From Pristiophorus japonicus (taxonomy: Eukaryota): a stretch of DNA of 64,000 bases. Shown here one piece after another: positions 25,412-38,620 of this stretch. The position numbers and the translations under genes are program-made. Where the stretch lies: positions 4,712,001 to 4,776,000 of the forward strand of contig NC_092006.1 in NCBI RefSeq assembly GCF_044704955.1, read 5' to 3'. Numbering within the stretch: the stretch's first letter is position 1; every line of letters begins with the position of its first letter. The notes under the pieces are model-generated. The model did no database searches and was not told where the DNA came from. It worked only from the letters and a program-made list of their open reading frames with translations.

Positions 25412-26456
25412 GGGAAAGAAAGAGTTGGATTTATATAGCGCCTTTCGCAAACATTGGACTCAAAGTGCTTTACAGCCAATGAAGTACTTTTTGAAGTGTG
25501 GTCACTGTTGTAATGTGGGAAACACGGCGCACAGCAAGGTCCCACAAATAGCAATGTGATAATGACCCAGATCATCTGTTTTCGAGATGCTGATTGAGGG
25601 ATAAATATTGGCCCCAGGACACCGGGGAGAACTCCACCTGCTCTTCTTCGAAATAGTGGCCGTGGGATCTTTTATGTCCGCTCGAGAGAGCAGACGGGGC
25701 CTCGGTTTAACGTCTCAGGCAATAGACGGAGAATATTGACATTGGGTCTATTTCCCACCAGCCTGAGATATTGCACGATGCTAATATCAGCGAACGCAGC
25801 GCGTAATCTCTGACTCGGCTGACGAGCTCGCTGATCTTACGCCGCAGTTCCGCCATGGATTACCAGCAAATTCGACTGACCTGGAAAGAGAAGGGCGAGC
25901 ACGCAGGGAGCTAAGCGATGCATTATCTGCGACCTGAGGCTTTTGCTGTCCAGCTCCACACTGACGCTTTGCCGGGAGGTCTTTGCGCCCGCAAGCGACG
26001 TGAAATGCACACAGCTTGCAGAACGTGCGTTTAAAAATAGCGGTCTGGAAAATCCAGCCCGGTGCAAAAGCTGGCTGCGGGTTTCCTGTTGACACACGAG
26101 GCGCCCACGCACAGATGTGCCTGCAAAGGGCAATGTGTTACAGCTGGTCTGAAGGGTGCTGTGCAGTCGAGACCCATTAAACCGTGAACTAACGCCAGGC
26201 GGTGCAGAATTCCACACACCGTGTACCGCTTGTGCAATTCGAGTGGCCGCGGGGGAATTATCCCGTTTCCGAGTGTTGCGATCGATTGGTCCAGAATGCA
26301 TTCATTGATACACCCTTACTCGTACCAACAAAAAATGGATCACATTCTGCCCAGAGAATGCCCTTCAAATTCTTACACTGGTAAAAAAGCAGGCACAAGG
26401 CCTCTTTTTTTACCAGCGTAAGAGTTTAAAGCAACAGGAAAATAAAATATTATCAC

Positions 26457-26487
26457 CTATTAGCTGTAGGCTGCAGGACAATAGAAC
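26457..26487 (-). CDS. Gene B putative leader, 3' half
   Basis: VLLSCSLQLI, then G|gtgata (phase 1); abuts the start of the RTE fragment. Confidence 0.5.
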
Positions 26488-26953
26488 TGACCACACTCGA
26501 TCAGCTCCACTGGGCAGGCCACATAGTTCGCATGCCAGACACGAGACTCCCAAAGCAAATGCTCTATGCGGAGCTCCGTCATGGTAATCGAGCCAAAGGT
26601 GGGCAGAGGAAACGTTACAAGGACCACCCTCAAAGCCTCCCTGGTAAAGTGCGACATCACCACCGACACCTGGGAGACCCTGGCCGCAGACCGCCCGAGG
26701 TAGAGAACGTCCATCCGGGAGGGCGTTGAGCCCTTCGAGACTCGATGCAAAGAGCGTGAAGAGGTCAGGCGCAGGCAGCGGAAGGAGCACGCGGCAAACC
26801 AGTCCCACCCCCCCCTTCCCCCGCCGAATGTCTGTCCCACCTGTGACAGGGTCTGTGACTCTCGTATCGGACCGTTCAGCCACCAGAGAACTCACTTTGG
26901 GAGTGGAGGCAAGTCTTCCCCGATTCCGAGGGACTGCCTGTGATGATGATGAT
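26488..26953 (+). mobile_element. RTE-clade LINE 3' fragment
   Basis: ..WAGHIVRMPDTRLPKQMLYAELRHGNRAKGGQRKRYKD.. and a (GAT)n tail; related fragment at about 41920-42225. Confidence 0.8.
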
Positions 26954-27809
26954 ACGCTCAATGAACTGGTCAGGTGGGCAGAACAGCGGCAAATGGAATT
27001 CAATCCAGAGAAGTGTGAGGTAATGCATTTGGGGAGGGCTAACAAGGCAAGGGAATACATTGAATGGTCAGACACTGAGAAGTGTAGAGGAACAGAGGGA
27101 CCTTGGAGTGCAGGTCCACAGATCCCTGAAGGTAGCAGGCCAGGTGGATAAGGTGGTTAAGAAGGCATACGGAATACCTGCCTTTATTAGCCGAGGCATG
27201 GAATACAAGAGCAGGGAGGTTATGCTTGAACTGTACAAAACACTGGTTAGGCCACAGCTGGAGTACTGCGTGCAGTTCTGGTCAGGAAAGATGTGATTGC
27301 ACTGGAGAGGGGGCAGAGGAGATTTACCAGGATGTTGCCGGGACTGGAGAACTTTAGCGATGAGGAAAGATTGGATAGGCTGGGGTTGTTTTCTTTGGAA
27401 CAAAGGAGGCTGAGGGGAGAGCTTATTGAGGTGTCTAAAATTACGAGGGGCCTGGATAGAGTGGATAGGACAGACCTGTTTCCCTTGGCAGAGGGGTCAA
27501 CAACCAGGAGGCACAGATTTAAAGTAATTGGGGGGAGGTTTAGAGGAGATTTGAGGGGAAATTTCTTCACCCAGAGGGCGGTGGGGGTCTGGGGCGGAAC
27601 TCACTGCCTGAAAGGGTGGTAGAGGCAGAAACCCTCACCACATTTAACAAGTACCTGGATGTGCGCTTGAAGTGCCGTAACCTACAGGGCTATGGACCGA
27701 GAGCGGGAAAGTGGGATTAGGCCGGGTAGCTCTTGGTCGGCCGGCGTGGACACGATGGGCTGAAACGGCCTCCTTCCTTGCCGTAAATGTCTATGATTCT
27801 ACGATTCGT
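26954..27809 (+). mobile_element. CR1 LINE 3' fragment
   Basis: [27 protein letters not shown]..; ctatgatt tail. Confidence 0.88.
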
Positions 27810-27811
27810 AC

Positions 27812-27856
27812 TTGTGCCAACAAAAATAGCCCACATTCTGCACGGCGTATGCCCAT
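27812..27856 (-). CDS. Gene B putative leader, 5' half
   Basis: ATG MGIRRAECGLFLLAQ abutting the CR1 tail; joins the 3' half in frame if the insertion is removed. Confidence 0.5.
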
Positions 27857-28554
27857 GAAATTCTGACGCTGGCCAAAGCAGGAGCAAGTGGGTAGCACTC
27901 TCGTCTCAGAGTCAGAAGGTTGTGGGTTGAAGTACCACTTCAGAGATTGAGCATACAACCCAGGGATGGAATACTTCTCGACCTGGAGTCCAGCTTGGTG
28001 CTGTCTATAATCCACATTTTTCCATTTCCTGGATTATCCAGCTAACCAATTACTCACATGAACGTTCCTTTCTACGTAAGTAAGAATAACATGCAGCACA
28101 GCTCAATGCAAAATCCAACGTGCATGTTTTGGTAAACTGATAAAACCTTATATCTGAATAACATTTTAAAAATAGCAAGTTATGCCAGTAAACAGCAATA
28201 AGAGTGTATACCCGGCTATAATCCACAAACCCCCGCATTCAAAGTACATAATGAAGTGAAAACAATATGTAATCTCTCACCCTGACATTGCAATGACTCA
28301 GTAACGATTTCCCAGTCAATTGGTCTTGCAACAGAGCACTGACACAATTTAATGGAGCTGAACTTCGATCTGAATGGGGTCGCCTAGCGCCCCCTGGAGG
28401 CAACATGTGGTAAGGGCCTGTGTCTGTTAGCGTTTCTCTGTTTCCCCTCCCCCCCCCCACCTTAGCGGCTGCTTTGCCCGCTTCAGAGCTGAGGTCACGA
28501 AGCAGAGTGAGGATCGTATCCTTCCTGTGACGTCCCAGATATAAGATCATGACA

Positions 28555-31500
28555 TCAGAACATAAGACACAGGAGCAGGAGTCGGCCATTTGGCCCCTTG
28601 AGCCTGCTCCGCCATTCAATACGATCACGGCTGATCTTCGACCTCAGCCCCACTTTCCTGCACTGTCTCCTTGATTCCCTTAATATTCCAATATCTGTCT
28701 TGAATATACTCAACGACTGAGCCTCCACAGCCCTCTGGGGCAGAGAACTCCAAAGATTCGCCACCCTCTGAGTGAAGAAATTCCTCCTCATCTCAGTCCT
28801 GAAGTTTCTCCTGAATTCCCCCTTGGATTTCTTGGTGACCATCTGATATTGATGGCCTCTAGTTATGCGCTTCTGGCATAGGTGGATACACTCTGTTTGT
28901 GTCTACTCGATCAAAACCTTTCATAATTTTAAAGACCTCGTCTGTGCTGTAAGGTGATTCTAATAGCAGGTAAATTCCGCCAGAATTTTGCTGAAGATAT
29001 CACTGCACTGCATTATTGAAAAGCGCAATTTGAATTTAAAATAATCCACTTTTAATAGTAAATGTGACAGGGTTCATTCCCAGGATACAACCAGAGAACG
29101 CCCTGGATCCACTTACACGCCAGCTTTGCCAACAATGCCCCGGAGTCAGTGCCTGAGCTACCCTGTGGGTCCTTGGTTTCACTGACACACCGCACACATT
29201 TGTTCTTTCAATCTGTGCTGTAAATCGGCCGCAGAGATATTCTGAGCGCATCTGGACCGAGCGATCAAAGAGCAGGATTCACATCCACAACGCTGGGGTT
29301 TCAAAACCAGTTTAATTTATCTGTAAACATTACATATGAATTATATCACGTGCTGTATAAAGATGTACACAGCACGGAAACCACAAATACAAGAATTTGG
29401 CATTACAATACTTGAAATTAGTTGAGTATATTCAAGACGGAGAGCGATAGAGGAGCAGGAGTTGGCCATTCGGCCCCTCGAGCCTGCTCCGCCATTTGAT
29501 ACCATCATGGCCGCTCTGATCATGGACTCAGCTCCCCTTCCCCGCCTGTTCCCCATAACCCTTTACTCCCTTATCGCTCAAAAATCTGTCTATCTCTGTC
29601 TTAAATATATTCAATGACCCAGCTTCCACAGCTCTCTGAGGCAACGAATTCCACAGATTTACAACCCTCTGAGAGAAGGAATTCCTCCTCATCTCAGTTT
29701 TAAGTGGGTGGCCCCTTATTCTGAGACTATGCCCCCTAGTTTTAGCTTCGCTTATGAGTGGAAACATCCTCTCTGCATCCACCTTGTCGAGCCCCCTCAT
29801 TATCTTATATGTTTCCATTAGATCACCTCTCATTCTTTTGAACTCCAATGGGTAGAGGCCCAACCTACTCAACCTTTCCTCATAAGTCAACCCCCTCCGG
29901 AATCAACCGAGTGAACCTTCTCTGAACACCCTCCAATGCAAGTATATCCTTCCTTAAATACGGAGACCAAAACTGCACACTGTACTCCAGGTGTGGCCTC
30001 ACCAATACCCTGTACAGTTGTAGCAGGACTTCTCTGCTTTTATACTCCATCCCCCTTGCAATAAGACCAACATTCCATTCCAGTTGAGATCGAAGATCGG
30101 CCATGATCTTATTGAATGGCGGAGCAGGCTCGAGGAGCCAAATGGCCTTCTCCTGCTCCTAATTCGTATATTCTAAAATAGAGATTAAACTGAACAGTAA
30201 CCGACATATCATCGTAAGAACAGTAGCCCAACACAACGCTATGTAAGAGTCCATTTCAATTGTAGAGTTTTCGATTGGACCCAATTGGGAAATCGCGCCC
30301 AAACTATGTTTGAAATTGCACCGACTGTCCGGCAAAACAGAGGAAGCTTTGCACACCATATCGTCTTTCCTTTCCCATCAGAGTGTTGGCTCCATGTTAA
30401 ATGCCAGCTGGGCATAAAGAGTCTATGAGAGAAAACAGAAACAATTACCACGGCCCACATCTTCAGCGTCGGAACAGTGGGACAGGAGAGGGCCATTCAG
30501 CCCCTCGAGCCTGTTCCCCCATTCAGTTTGATCATGGCTAATGTGTATCTGAACTCCATCCGCCCGCCTTAAATACCCTCGCCCAACACCAATCTTTCAT
30601 CGCAGTTTTGAACATTTCAATTGACCCTCAGCCTCAACAACTTTATGAGGGAGAGAGTTCCAGGTTCCCGCGGCCCTTTGTCTGAAGATGTGTTTCCTGA
30701 CATCACCCCTGAACGGCCGGGCTCGAATTTTAAGGTCAAGCCCCCTTGTTCTGGACTCCCCAGACTCTCTCAAATTCTCTAATCATCTTAAATATCTCGA
30801 TTACATCACCCTATAATCTACACTCGAGGGAAAACAAGGCCAGTCTAAGAACATAAGAACATAAGATTTAGGAGCAGGAGTCAGCCATTCGGGCCCCTCG
30901 AGCCTGCTCCGCCATTCAATGAGATCACGGCTGACCTTCGACCTCAACTCCACTTTCCTGCCCCATCTCCATATCCCTTGTTCCCCCAGACTCCGAAAAT
31001 CTCTCGATCTCAGCCTTGAATATACTCAACGACTGAGCCTCCACAGCCCTCTGGGGCAGAGAATTCCAAAGATTCACCACCCTCTGAGTGAAGAAATTCC
31101 TCCTCATCTCAGTCCTAAATGGCCGACCCCTTATCCTGAGACTGTGTGACCCCTGGTTCTAGACTCCCCAGCCCTGATATGATTCAATGAGATCACCTCT
31201 CATTCTTGTAAACTTCAGAGAGTATGGGCCCAGTCGACTCAACAGGTATATGCAACCTGTCCCATAATATAACCCTTTTAGCATGTTGGGACATTTTATT
31301 GGTTGTTGATAGCGCAGGTATAATTGTAGTGAATCGGCAATCTGTGGGTATTTATAATTACTGACTTAAAATATCCAAATATAGATATTTGAATTTACTT
31401 TTAAATAAAAGGTGAATTTGTTTATTCATTCCTGGGATGTGGGCATGGCTGGCAAGGCCAGCATTTATTGCCCATCCCTAATTGCCCCTTGAGAAGGTGG

Positions 31501-32210
31501 TGGTGAGCCGCCTTCTTGAACCACAGAGGGTGGTTAGGCACCATTCAAATTGCTGTGGGTTTGGAGTCACGTATCAGCCAGACCGGGTAAGGGGCAGTAG
31601 ATTTCCGTGATTTCCTTCCCTGAAACATAGAAACATAGAAAATAGGTGCAGGAGTAGGCCATTCGGCCCTTCGAGCCTGCACCACCATTCAACATGATCA
31701 TGGCTGATCATGCAACTTCAGTACCCCATTCCTGCTTTCTCTCCATACCCATTGATCCCTTTAGCCAAAAGGGCCACATCTAACTCCCTTTTGAATATAT
31801 CCAACGAACTGGCCTCAACAACTTTCTGTGGTAGAGAATTACACAGGTTCACAATTCTCTGAGTGAAGAAGTTTCTCCTCATCTCGGTCCTAAATGGCTT
31901 ACCCCTTATCCTTAGACTGTGACCCCTGGTTCTGGACTTCCCCAACATTGGGAACATTCTTCCTGCATCTCGCCTGTCCAATCCCGTCAGAATTTTATAT
32001 GTTTCTATGAGATTCCCCTCTCATTCTTCTAAATTCCACTGAATATAAGCCTAGTCGATCCAGTCTTTCTTCATATGTCAATCCTGCCATCCTGGGAACC
32101 AGTCTGGTGAACCTTTGCTGCACTCCCTCAATAGCAAGAATGTCCTTCCTCAGGTTAGGAGACCAAAACTGAACACAATTTTCCAGGTGTGGCCTCACCG
32201 AGGCCCTGTA
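28555..32210 (-). mobile_element. Multiple CR1 3' fragments around the gene C terminal exon
   Basis: ORFs 28555-28842, 29528-30104, 30925-31107 and 31718-32198 have CR1 motifs. Confidence 0.85.
30378..30422 (-). CDS. Gene C terminal exon with TxYxxL motif
   Basis: Acceptor identical to gene B; TLYAQLAFNMEPTL*. Confidence 0.75.
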   Translation of the reverse strand, partial: TLYAQLAFNMEPTL

Positions 32211-33041
32211 GGAGGGCGACGGCTACGAAGCCAGGTCGCTGGTTGCAGTGCGGGCAGGCACAGCAGGAGGGGCGACGGAGCGGCAAGAGTCCATAGAGGG
32301 AAGTGACCGAGGACCAAGAGATGCATGAATCTGGGGCACAGAAGAGGCGAGGGCCCAGGGGCAGCACGGGCCCAGCCCACAATGTGCGATATGTGTGCAC
32401 TAGGCCCATGCAGCAGAGTTGGTCTCCAGTCGTCCTGGTTAACCCTTGCCCCTGGAACCAAGACCTCGCTCTGTCAAGCCCCGTGTGGTGGCTGGTGTGC
32501 AACGGTCACCCCACGTTAAAAAAATCCACCCACAGGCATCTTCCACCCTTCAGGATGTAGTTCGGGATCTAGAATTTTAGGTCCTTTATTGAAACACTGT
32601 GAACTCATCCCTTTTTGGCGTGGAATCAAGCCATACTCACTTCGAGGGACTGCCTATAATGATGATACAACTGCAGTAAGACCTCCCTGTTCCTATACTC
32701 AAATCCCCTATACTGTCCTATACTCAAAGACATTAGTGACACCAGATGGGGTTTTACAATCTGGTAGTTTCATGGTCACCGTTACTTTTTAATTCCACAT
32801 TTATTTGATTAATTGAATTTAAACTTCTCACCTACCATGGTGGGATTGAAATTCGGGTCCCCGGGATTAATAGTCCAGGCGCCTGGATTACTAACCCGCT
32901 GACATAACCACTATGCTACCGTTCTATAGTGTTAAGCGAAGACAGCTCTTTTCCTATCTACCGCCTGGAACAGCGAACCACCCTGCAAGCGGATAAATTG
33001 GGAGTGCGGAGGAGTTTGAAGCACCTTGCGACCATCCCTAC

Positions 33042-33148
33042 CTGACTGCCGCTCCGGACAGCCGCCACAGACACCATCAGGAACAGGAGAAGCGTCGCCA
33101 ACAAATTCAGGACCAACCGCAATCCGCAGGCGCTCTGTGACGGAGACA
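33042..33148 (-). CDS. Gene C stalk plus transmembrane exon
   Basis: cttttcttacag acceptor; VSPSQSACGLRLVLNLLATLLLFLMVSVAAVRSGSQ|gtaggg; 10 nt shorter than in B, so it ends in phase 0. Confidence 0.75.
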
Positions 33149-33459
33149 CTGTAAGAAAAGAGTTTTTTTAAGAAAAAGGACGTTTCTGCTAAGAGTTAAA
33201 CAAGTGCAGTCACCGAGCAAATCTGCTTGTGGAATTTCACACAAAACATTTTGCATAGTTCCCCAGCGAGCAGATATCTGAGAGCCCGCTGCTTACCGAT
33301 AACTTTGCAATTAACAAGGACTGCGATGTTGCGATAGACAGGCAGACACGGGCAGACACCTGAGAGATAGACAGATGAGAACACAAGAAATAGGAGCAGG
33401 AGTCAGCCATTTGGCTCCACAGCTGGTCTGGTCTCGGGCTCAGCTCTACTTCCCTGTCT

Positions 33460-33800
33460 GATAGATAGACAGACAGACATAGAGATAGAGATAGAGAGAG
33501 AGTTAGAGAGTTAGAGAGAGAGAGGGAGATAGAGAGAGAGAGAGAGAGGGAGATAGATAGATAGAGAGTTAGAGAGAGAGAGAGATAGATAGATAGAGAG
33601 TTAGAGATAGAGAGTTAGAGTTAGAGATAGAGAGTTAGAGATAGAGAGTTAGAGATAGAGAGTTAGAGATAGAGATAGAGAGTTAGAGATAGAGAGTTAG
33701 AGATAGAGAGTTAGAGATAGAGAGTTAGAGAGATAGATAGATAGAGTTAGAGATAGAGAGTTAGAGATAGAGAGTTAGAGATAGAGAGTTAGAGAGATAG
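33460..33800. repeat. GA-rich / (AGAGTTAGAGAT)n microsatellite
   Basis: Visible short tandem units. Confidence 0.9.
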
Positions 33801-33804
33801 ATCG

Positions 33805-35430
33805 ATTGGATAGGCTGGGTTGTTTTCTTTGGAACAGAGGAGACTGAGGGGCGACCTTATTGAGGTGTATAAAATTATGAGGGGCCTGGATAGAGTGGAT
33901 AGGACAGACCTGTTTCCCTTGGCAGAGGGGTCAACAACCAGGGGTCACAGATTGAAAGTAATTGGGAGGAGGTTTAGAGGGGATTTGAGGGGAAATGTCT
34001 TCACCCAGAGGGTGGCGGGGGTCTGGGGTGGAACTCACTGCCTGAAAGGGTGGTAGAGGCAGAAACCCTCACCACATTTAAAAAGTACCTGGATGTGCAC
34101 AGCTTGAAGTTCCGTAACCTACAGGGCTACGGACTGAGAGCTGGAAAGTGGGATTAGGCTGGGTGGCTCTTTGTCGGCCGGCGCAGACATGATGGGCCGA
34201 ATGACCTCCTTCCATGCTGTAAATTTCTATGATTCTAGGATAGACATCGCGATAGAACACAGCACAGTGGAAATGTAATCACATTTTCGACTTTTAAGCA
34301 GGGAGGTACCTTACTCCGAACATTTATTCCCTAGCTAGACAGATAGACTTCAAAATTCAGCAAGGTAGACACTGAAACATTGAGAGATATGTGATAGGGA
34401 GATCATGGTATAATTATACACGGAGACGCAGAAAAGGACGTAAGAATATAAGAACATAAGAAATAGGAGCAGGAGTCGGCCATTCGGCCCCTCGAGCCTG
34501 CTCCGCCATTCAATACGATCCTGGTTGATCCGATCATGGACTCAGCTCCACTTCCCCGCCCACTCCCCATAACCCTTCACTTCCTTATCGCTCAAAAATC
34601 TGTCTATCTCCACCTTATATATATTCAATGTCCCAGCCTCCACAGCTCTCTGGAGCCGAGAATTCCACAGATTTACAACCCTCTGAGAGAAGAAATTCCT
34701 CCTCATCTCAGTTTTAAATGGGCGACCCCTTATTCTGAGACTATGCCCCCTAGTTCTAGTCTCCCCCATCAGTGGAAACATCCTCTCTGCATCCACCTTG
34801 TCGTGCCCCCTCATTATCTTATACGTTTCGATAAGATCACCTCTCATTCTTCTGAACTCCAATGAGTAGAGACCCAACCTGCTCAACCTTACCTAAGAAG
34901 TCAACCCCCTCATCTCCGAAATCAACCAAGTGAACCTTCTCTGAACTGCCTCCAGTGCAAGTATATCCTTCCTTAAATACGGAGACCAAAACTGCACGCA
35001 GTACTCCAGGTGTGGCCTCACCAATACCCTCTCCAGTTGTAGCAGGACTTCTCTGCTTTTATACTCTATCCCCCTTGCAATAAAGGCCAAGATTCCATTC
35101 CAGTTGAGGTCTAAGATTGGCCGTGATCTTATTGAATGGCAGAGCAGGCTCGAGGGGCCGAATGGCCTCCTCCTGCTCCTAATTCGTATATTCTAAAATA
35201 GAGGTTAGACTGAACAGTAACCGACATATCGTAGAGGGTTGTTGAGGCCAGTCTGTTAGATATATTAAAGAGGAAGCTAGATATGGCCCTTACAGCTAAA
35301 GGGATCAAGGGGTATGGAGAGAAAGCAGGAATGGGGTACTGAGGTGAATGATCAGCCATGATCATATTGAATGGTGGTGCAGGCTCGAAGGGCCGAATGG
35401 CCTACTCCTGCACATATTTTCTATGTTTCT
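33805..35430. mobile_element. CR1 fragments in the gene C C1-TM intron
   Basis: ORFs 33820-34056 (+) and 34542-35090 (-). Confidence 0.85.
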
Positions 35431-35582
35431 ATGTAAGGACAGTGGCTAAATACAGCGCTATGTATTCTGAATTCCCTGTCATTCTTCTGAACTCCAGTCC
35501 TTCAATATACAAAAAGTTGCGAAGAAGTGAGACTCACATCACCATTGAAGATATTAGTGAAGGGGACACCGGCCACAGTTAC

Positions 35583-35888
35583 CTCCCGGAGATGCGACGC
35601 TTTCACTCAGGAGATCCCCGGTGGCGTTGATCGGAACGGTGCAAATGCAGACGGCGCCGCTGCGCTAGGTTTCGGCCGAGACGCTCAGGTGGCTTCTGGC
35701 GGTATAGCTCCCGTCCGGCTCCAGCGTCCTGGGCTCGCTCCGTCCCTCGGCGGCCCGTCCCGCAACCAGCCAGCGGATGGGGAAGGAGTCGGGAGCAGCG
35801 CCCCGCACCAGACACATCAAGGGCACTCTCTCCAGCCGGGGAATCTCAGCCGGCGGCGGCGTTAAGAGGAAGAGGACCGGGGGGCCCG
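35583..35888 (-). CDS. Gene C C1-set exon (contains an in-frame TAG)
   Basis: AGPPVLFLLTPPPAEIPRLERVPLMCLVRG..IRWLV..DGSYTARSHLSVSAET*RSGAVCICTV.. Confidence 0.85.
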
Positions 35889-35979
35889 CTAGATGGAAGG
35901 GAAATTGGAATTAACCAGGCGCACAAGGTAGGTTTGAATTGGTGTCTCGACGCACAATTGGATGGACGAGTGGGATTAC

Positions 35980-36318
35980 CTGTGATCACCAGCGTGGTGC
36001 CAGTCCCGAATATCAGGGACCGATTCCTGGCGTTTGGAGCAGCGCAGTAATACCGCCCAGAATCGTTCCTCTGGACGTTGTCAATGACCAGCGAATAATT
36101 CCCCGATTGCTCGCATACCTCGCCGGAAAATCTTCCCCCGGGCCTCACGAACCGTCCGGTTTTGTAAACGAGCCGCATGCCCTCTCGGTGCCAGTGTGTG
36201 TACCAGTAAACGATGCCCGGGGCCAGCCTCCCGGTCTGGCATTGAAGTTTGACCAGGCTCCCGACATCGGCCGTTAGCAGCGCCGGAAATTGGCTCAAGA
36301 CTGCCTGAGACACGACAG
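35980..36318 (-). CDS. Gene C germline-joined VJ exon
   Basis: AVVSQAVLSQFP..VKLQC..VYWY..GRFSG..DSGRYYCAAPNARNRSLIFGTGTTLVIT|gtaat. Confidence 0.92.
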
Positions 36319-37219
36319 CTGAGTCAAGGTTGCAGGGTGGGGGGGGGGGGACGCAAAAATTAAAACACAATATTAACAACAGGTTATAGGCCCCCGAGTC
36401 ACCCTGGATACCGACACATCTCAAATTCCCCTCCACTGGCGCGTCGGGAGCGCGTGTGGGAAATTCCGCCGCGCTGCGCACCGTTAAATTGCGCCTCTCC
36501 GCCCGCAATTCCCACAGGCGCACAGTCCGAGTCCGTTCGCTGTGAAATCCGCTCCAATCATTGGCGGGCACCATGGCGACTGGCTGCAGTTAAGATTGCA
36601 AAAGCCTTCTCCCAAACCGATTATGCTTCCCCCTGGTCTAACCCGGCTCTCCAATCCATCTCTCCAGGGGTTGGGGACCGGGGGGCGCTTGATTGTGTTA
36701 AAATGGGGCGATAGCTTTCTCACTAATTCCACTAGACAGGCCCCCCTCTCCCAACGGCAGACCCTCACCTTCAAATCCCGGAGTTCACTGACATCTTTAT
36801 CTCAGTTAGGGGGCAGTTCAGTGTCACATTCGGTTCCACTCACCCGTCACAATGTTCGGCTCCAAAGTCGCGCTATCGGTATTGAGCGAAGCCCGCACAC
36901 CTTTATACTTTGCCCAATATCTAATCTGCTTCTTAAAAAAATTATAGTTAAACGCAAACTTGTGTATCAGCGAACGATGCAACACAGGAGGCCATTCGGC
37001 CCATCAAACCTGTGTCCAATTCCCCCGTTTGAAAGTCACTTTTTCATCTGCTCCCAGTACCCCTTTCAGGCAGCGCGTTCCCGAGCACAAGCTCTCAGGG
37101 CTTGAAATCATGTCCTGATCTCCCCCTCTGGTTCTGTTACCGATTATCTTAAACATGTGTCCTCTGCTTACCCACACCCTCCTCCCACTGGAAACAATCT
37201 CTCCTTCTTTACTCGATCG

Positions 37220-38520
37220 GAAACCTTCTCCTTATTAATTCTCTCCAAAACCCTTCTCCTTCTTAATTCTAACCAAAACCCTTCTCCTTATTAATTCTCT
37301 CCAAAACCCTTCTCCTTATTAATTCCCTCCAAAATCCTTCTCCTTATTAATTCTCTCCAAAACCCTTCTCCTTATTAATTCTCTCCAAAACCCTCCTCCT
37401 TATTAATTCTCTCCAAAACCCTTCTCCGTATTAATTCTCTCCAAAAACCTTCTCGTTATTAATTCTCTCCAAAATCCTTCTCCTTATTAATTCTCTCCAA
37501 AACCCTTCTCCTTATTAATTCTCTCCAAAACCCTTCTCGTTATTAATTCTCTCCAAAACCCTTCTCCTTATTAATTCTCTCCAAAACCCTTCTCCTTATT
37601 AATTCTCTACAAAACCCTTCTCCTTATTAATACTCTCCAAAACCATTCCCCTTATTAATTCTCTCCAAAACCCTTCTCCTTATTAATTCTCTACAAAACC
37701 CTTCTCGTTATTAATTCTATCCAAAACCCTTCTCATTATTAACTCTCTCCAAAACCATTCTCCTTATTAATTCTCTCCAAAACCCTTCTCCTTATTAATT
37801 CTATCCAAAACCGTTCTCCTTATTAATTCTCTCCAAAACCCTTCTCCTTATTAATTCTCTCCAAAACCCTTCGAATTATTAATTCTCTCCAAAACCCTTC
37901 TCATTATTAATTCTCTCCAAAACCCTTCTCCTTATTAATTCTATCCAAAACCCTTCTCCTTATTAATTCTATCCAAAACCCTTCTCCGTATTAATTCTAT
38001 CCAAAACCCTTCTCCTTATTAATTCTCTCCAAAACCCTTCTCCTTATTAATTCTATCCAAAACCCTTCTCCTTGTTAATTCTCTCCAAAACCCTTCTCCT
38101 TATTAATTCTATCCAAAACCCTTCTCCTTATTAATTCTCTCCAAAACCCTTCTCCTTCTTAATTCTCTCCAAAACCCTTCTCCTTCTTAATTCTCTCCAA
38201 AACCCTTCTCCTTATTAATTCTATCCAAAACCCTTCTCCTTATTAATTGTATCCAAAACCCTTCTCCTTATTAATTCTCTCCAAAACCCTTCTCCTTATT
38301 AATTCTATCCAAAACCCTTCTCCTTATTAATTGTATCCAAAACCCTTCTCCTTATTAATTCTCTCCAAAACCCTTCTCCTTATTAATTCTCTCCAAAATC
38401 CTTCTCCTTATTAATTCTCTCCAAAACCCTTCTCCTTATTAATTCTCTCCAAAACCCTTCTCCTTATTAATTCTCTCCAAAACCCTTTTCCTTATTAATT
38501 TGCTCCAAAACCCTTCCCTT
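37220..38520. repeat. 28-bp minisatellite in gene C intron 1 (about 46 copies)
   Basis: Unit CTTATTAATTCTCTCCAAAACCCTTCTC. Confidence 0.95.
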
Positions 38521-38577
38521 GGTTTACTCTCTCCTAACCCCTTCCTCACTCTGGCAAAACATCGAAGGCTATCTCAC

Positions 38578-38620
38578 CTTGGAAGAGATGGAACAGCACA
38601 CAGAGACCACAGAAGCTCAT
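38578..38620 (-). CDS. Gene C leader exon
   Basis: MSFCGLCVLFHLFQ, then G|gtgaga; identical to the gene D leader. Confidence 0.8.

Larger units (their letters stand above)
17757..27856 (-). other. Gene B: L-VJ-C1-TM-cytoplasmic IgSF receptor; leader exon apparently interrupted by retroelements
   Basis: Exons 24839-24501, 24423-24121, 21871-21755, 20380-20322 and 17834-17757 splice in frame. Candidate leader halves at 27856-27812 and 26487-26457. AATAAA on the minus strand at about 16936-16941. Confidence 0.82.
30378..38620 (-). pseudogene. Gene C: VJ-C1 receptor paralog with a premature stop in C1 (pseudogene or null allele)
   Basis: Exons 38620-38578, 36318-35980, 35888-35583, 33148-33042 and 30422-30378 splice in frame, but there is a TAG at 35665-35667 where genes B and D have TGG (Trp). 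Confidence 0.8.

Noticed and set aside
21997-25575. ORFs containing long X runs
   Set aside because: They merely span N-runs.
36542-37105. 187-aa ORF and its 223-aa mirror at 47963-48634
   Set aside because: Antisense to intron 1 of C/D with no recognisable domain; its conservation reflects the recent inverted duplication only.
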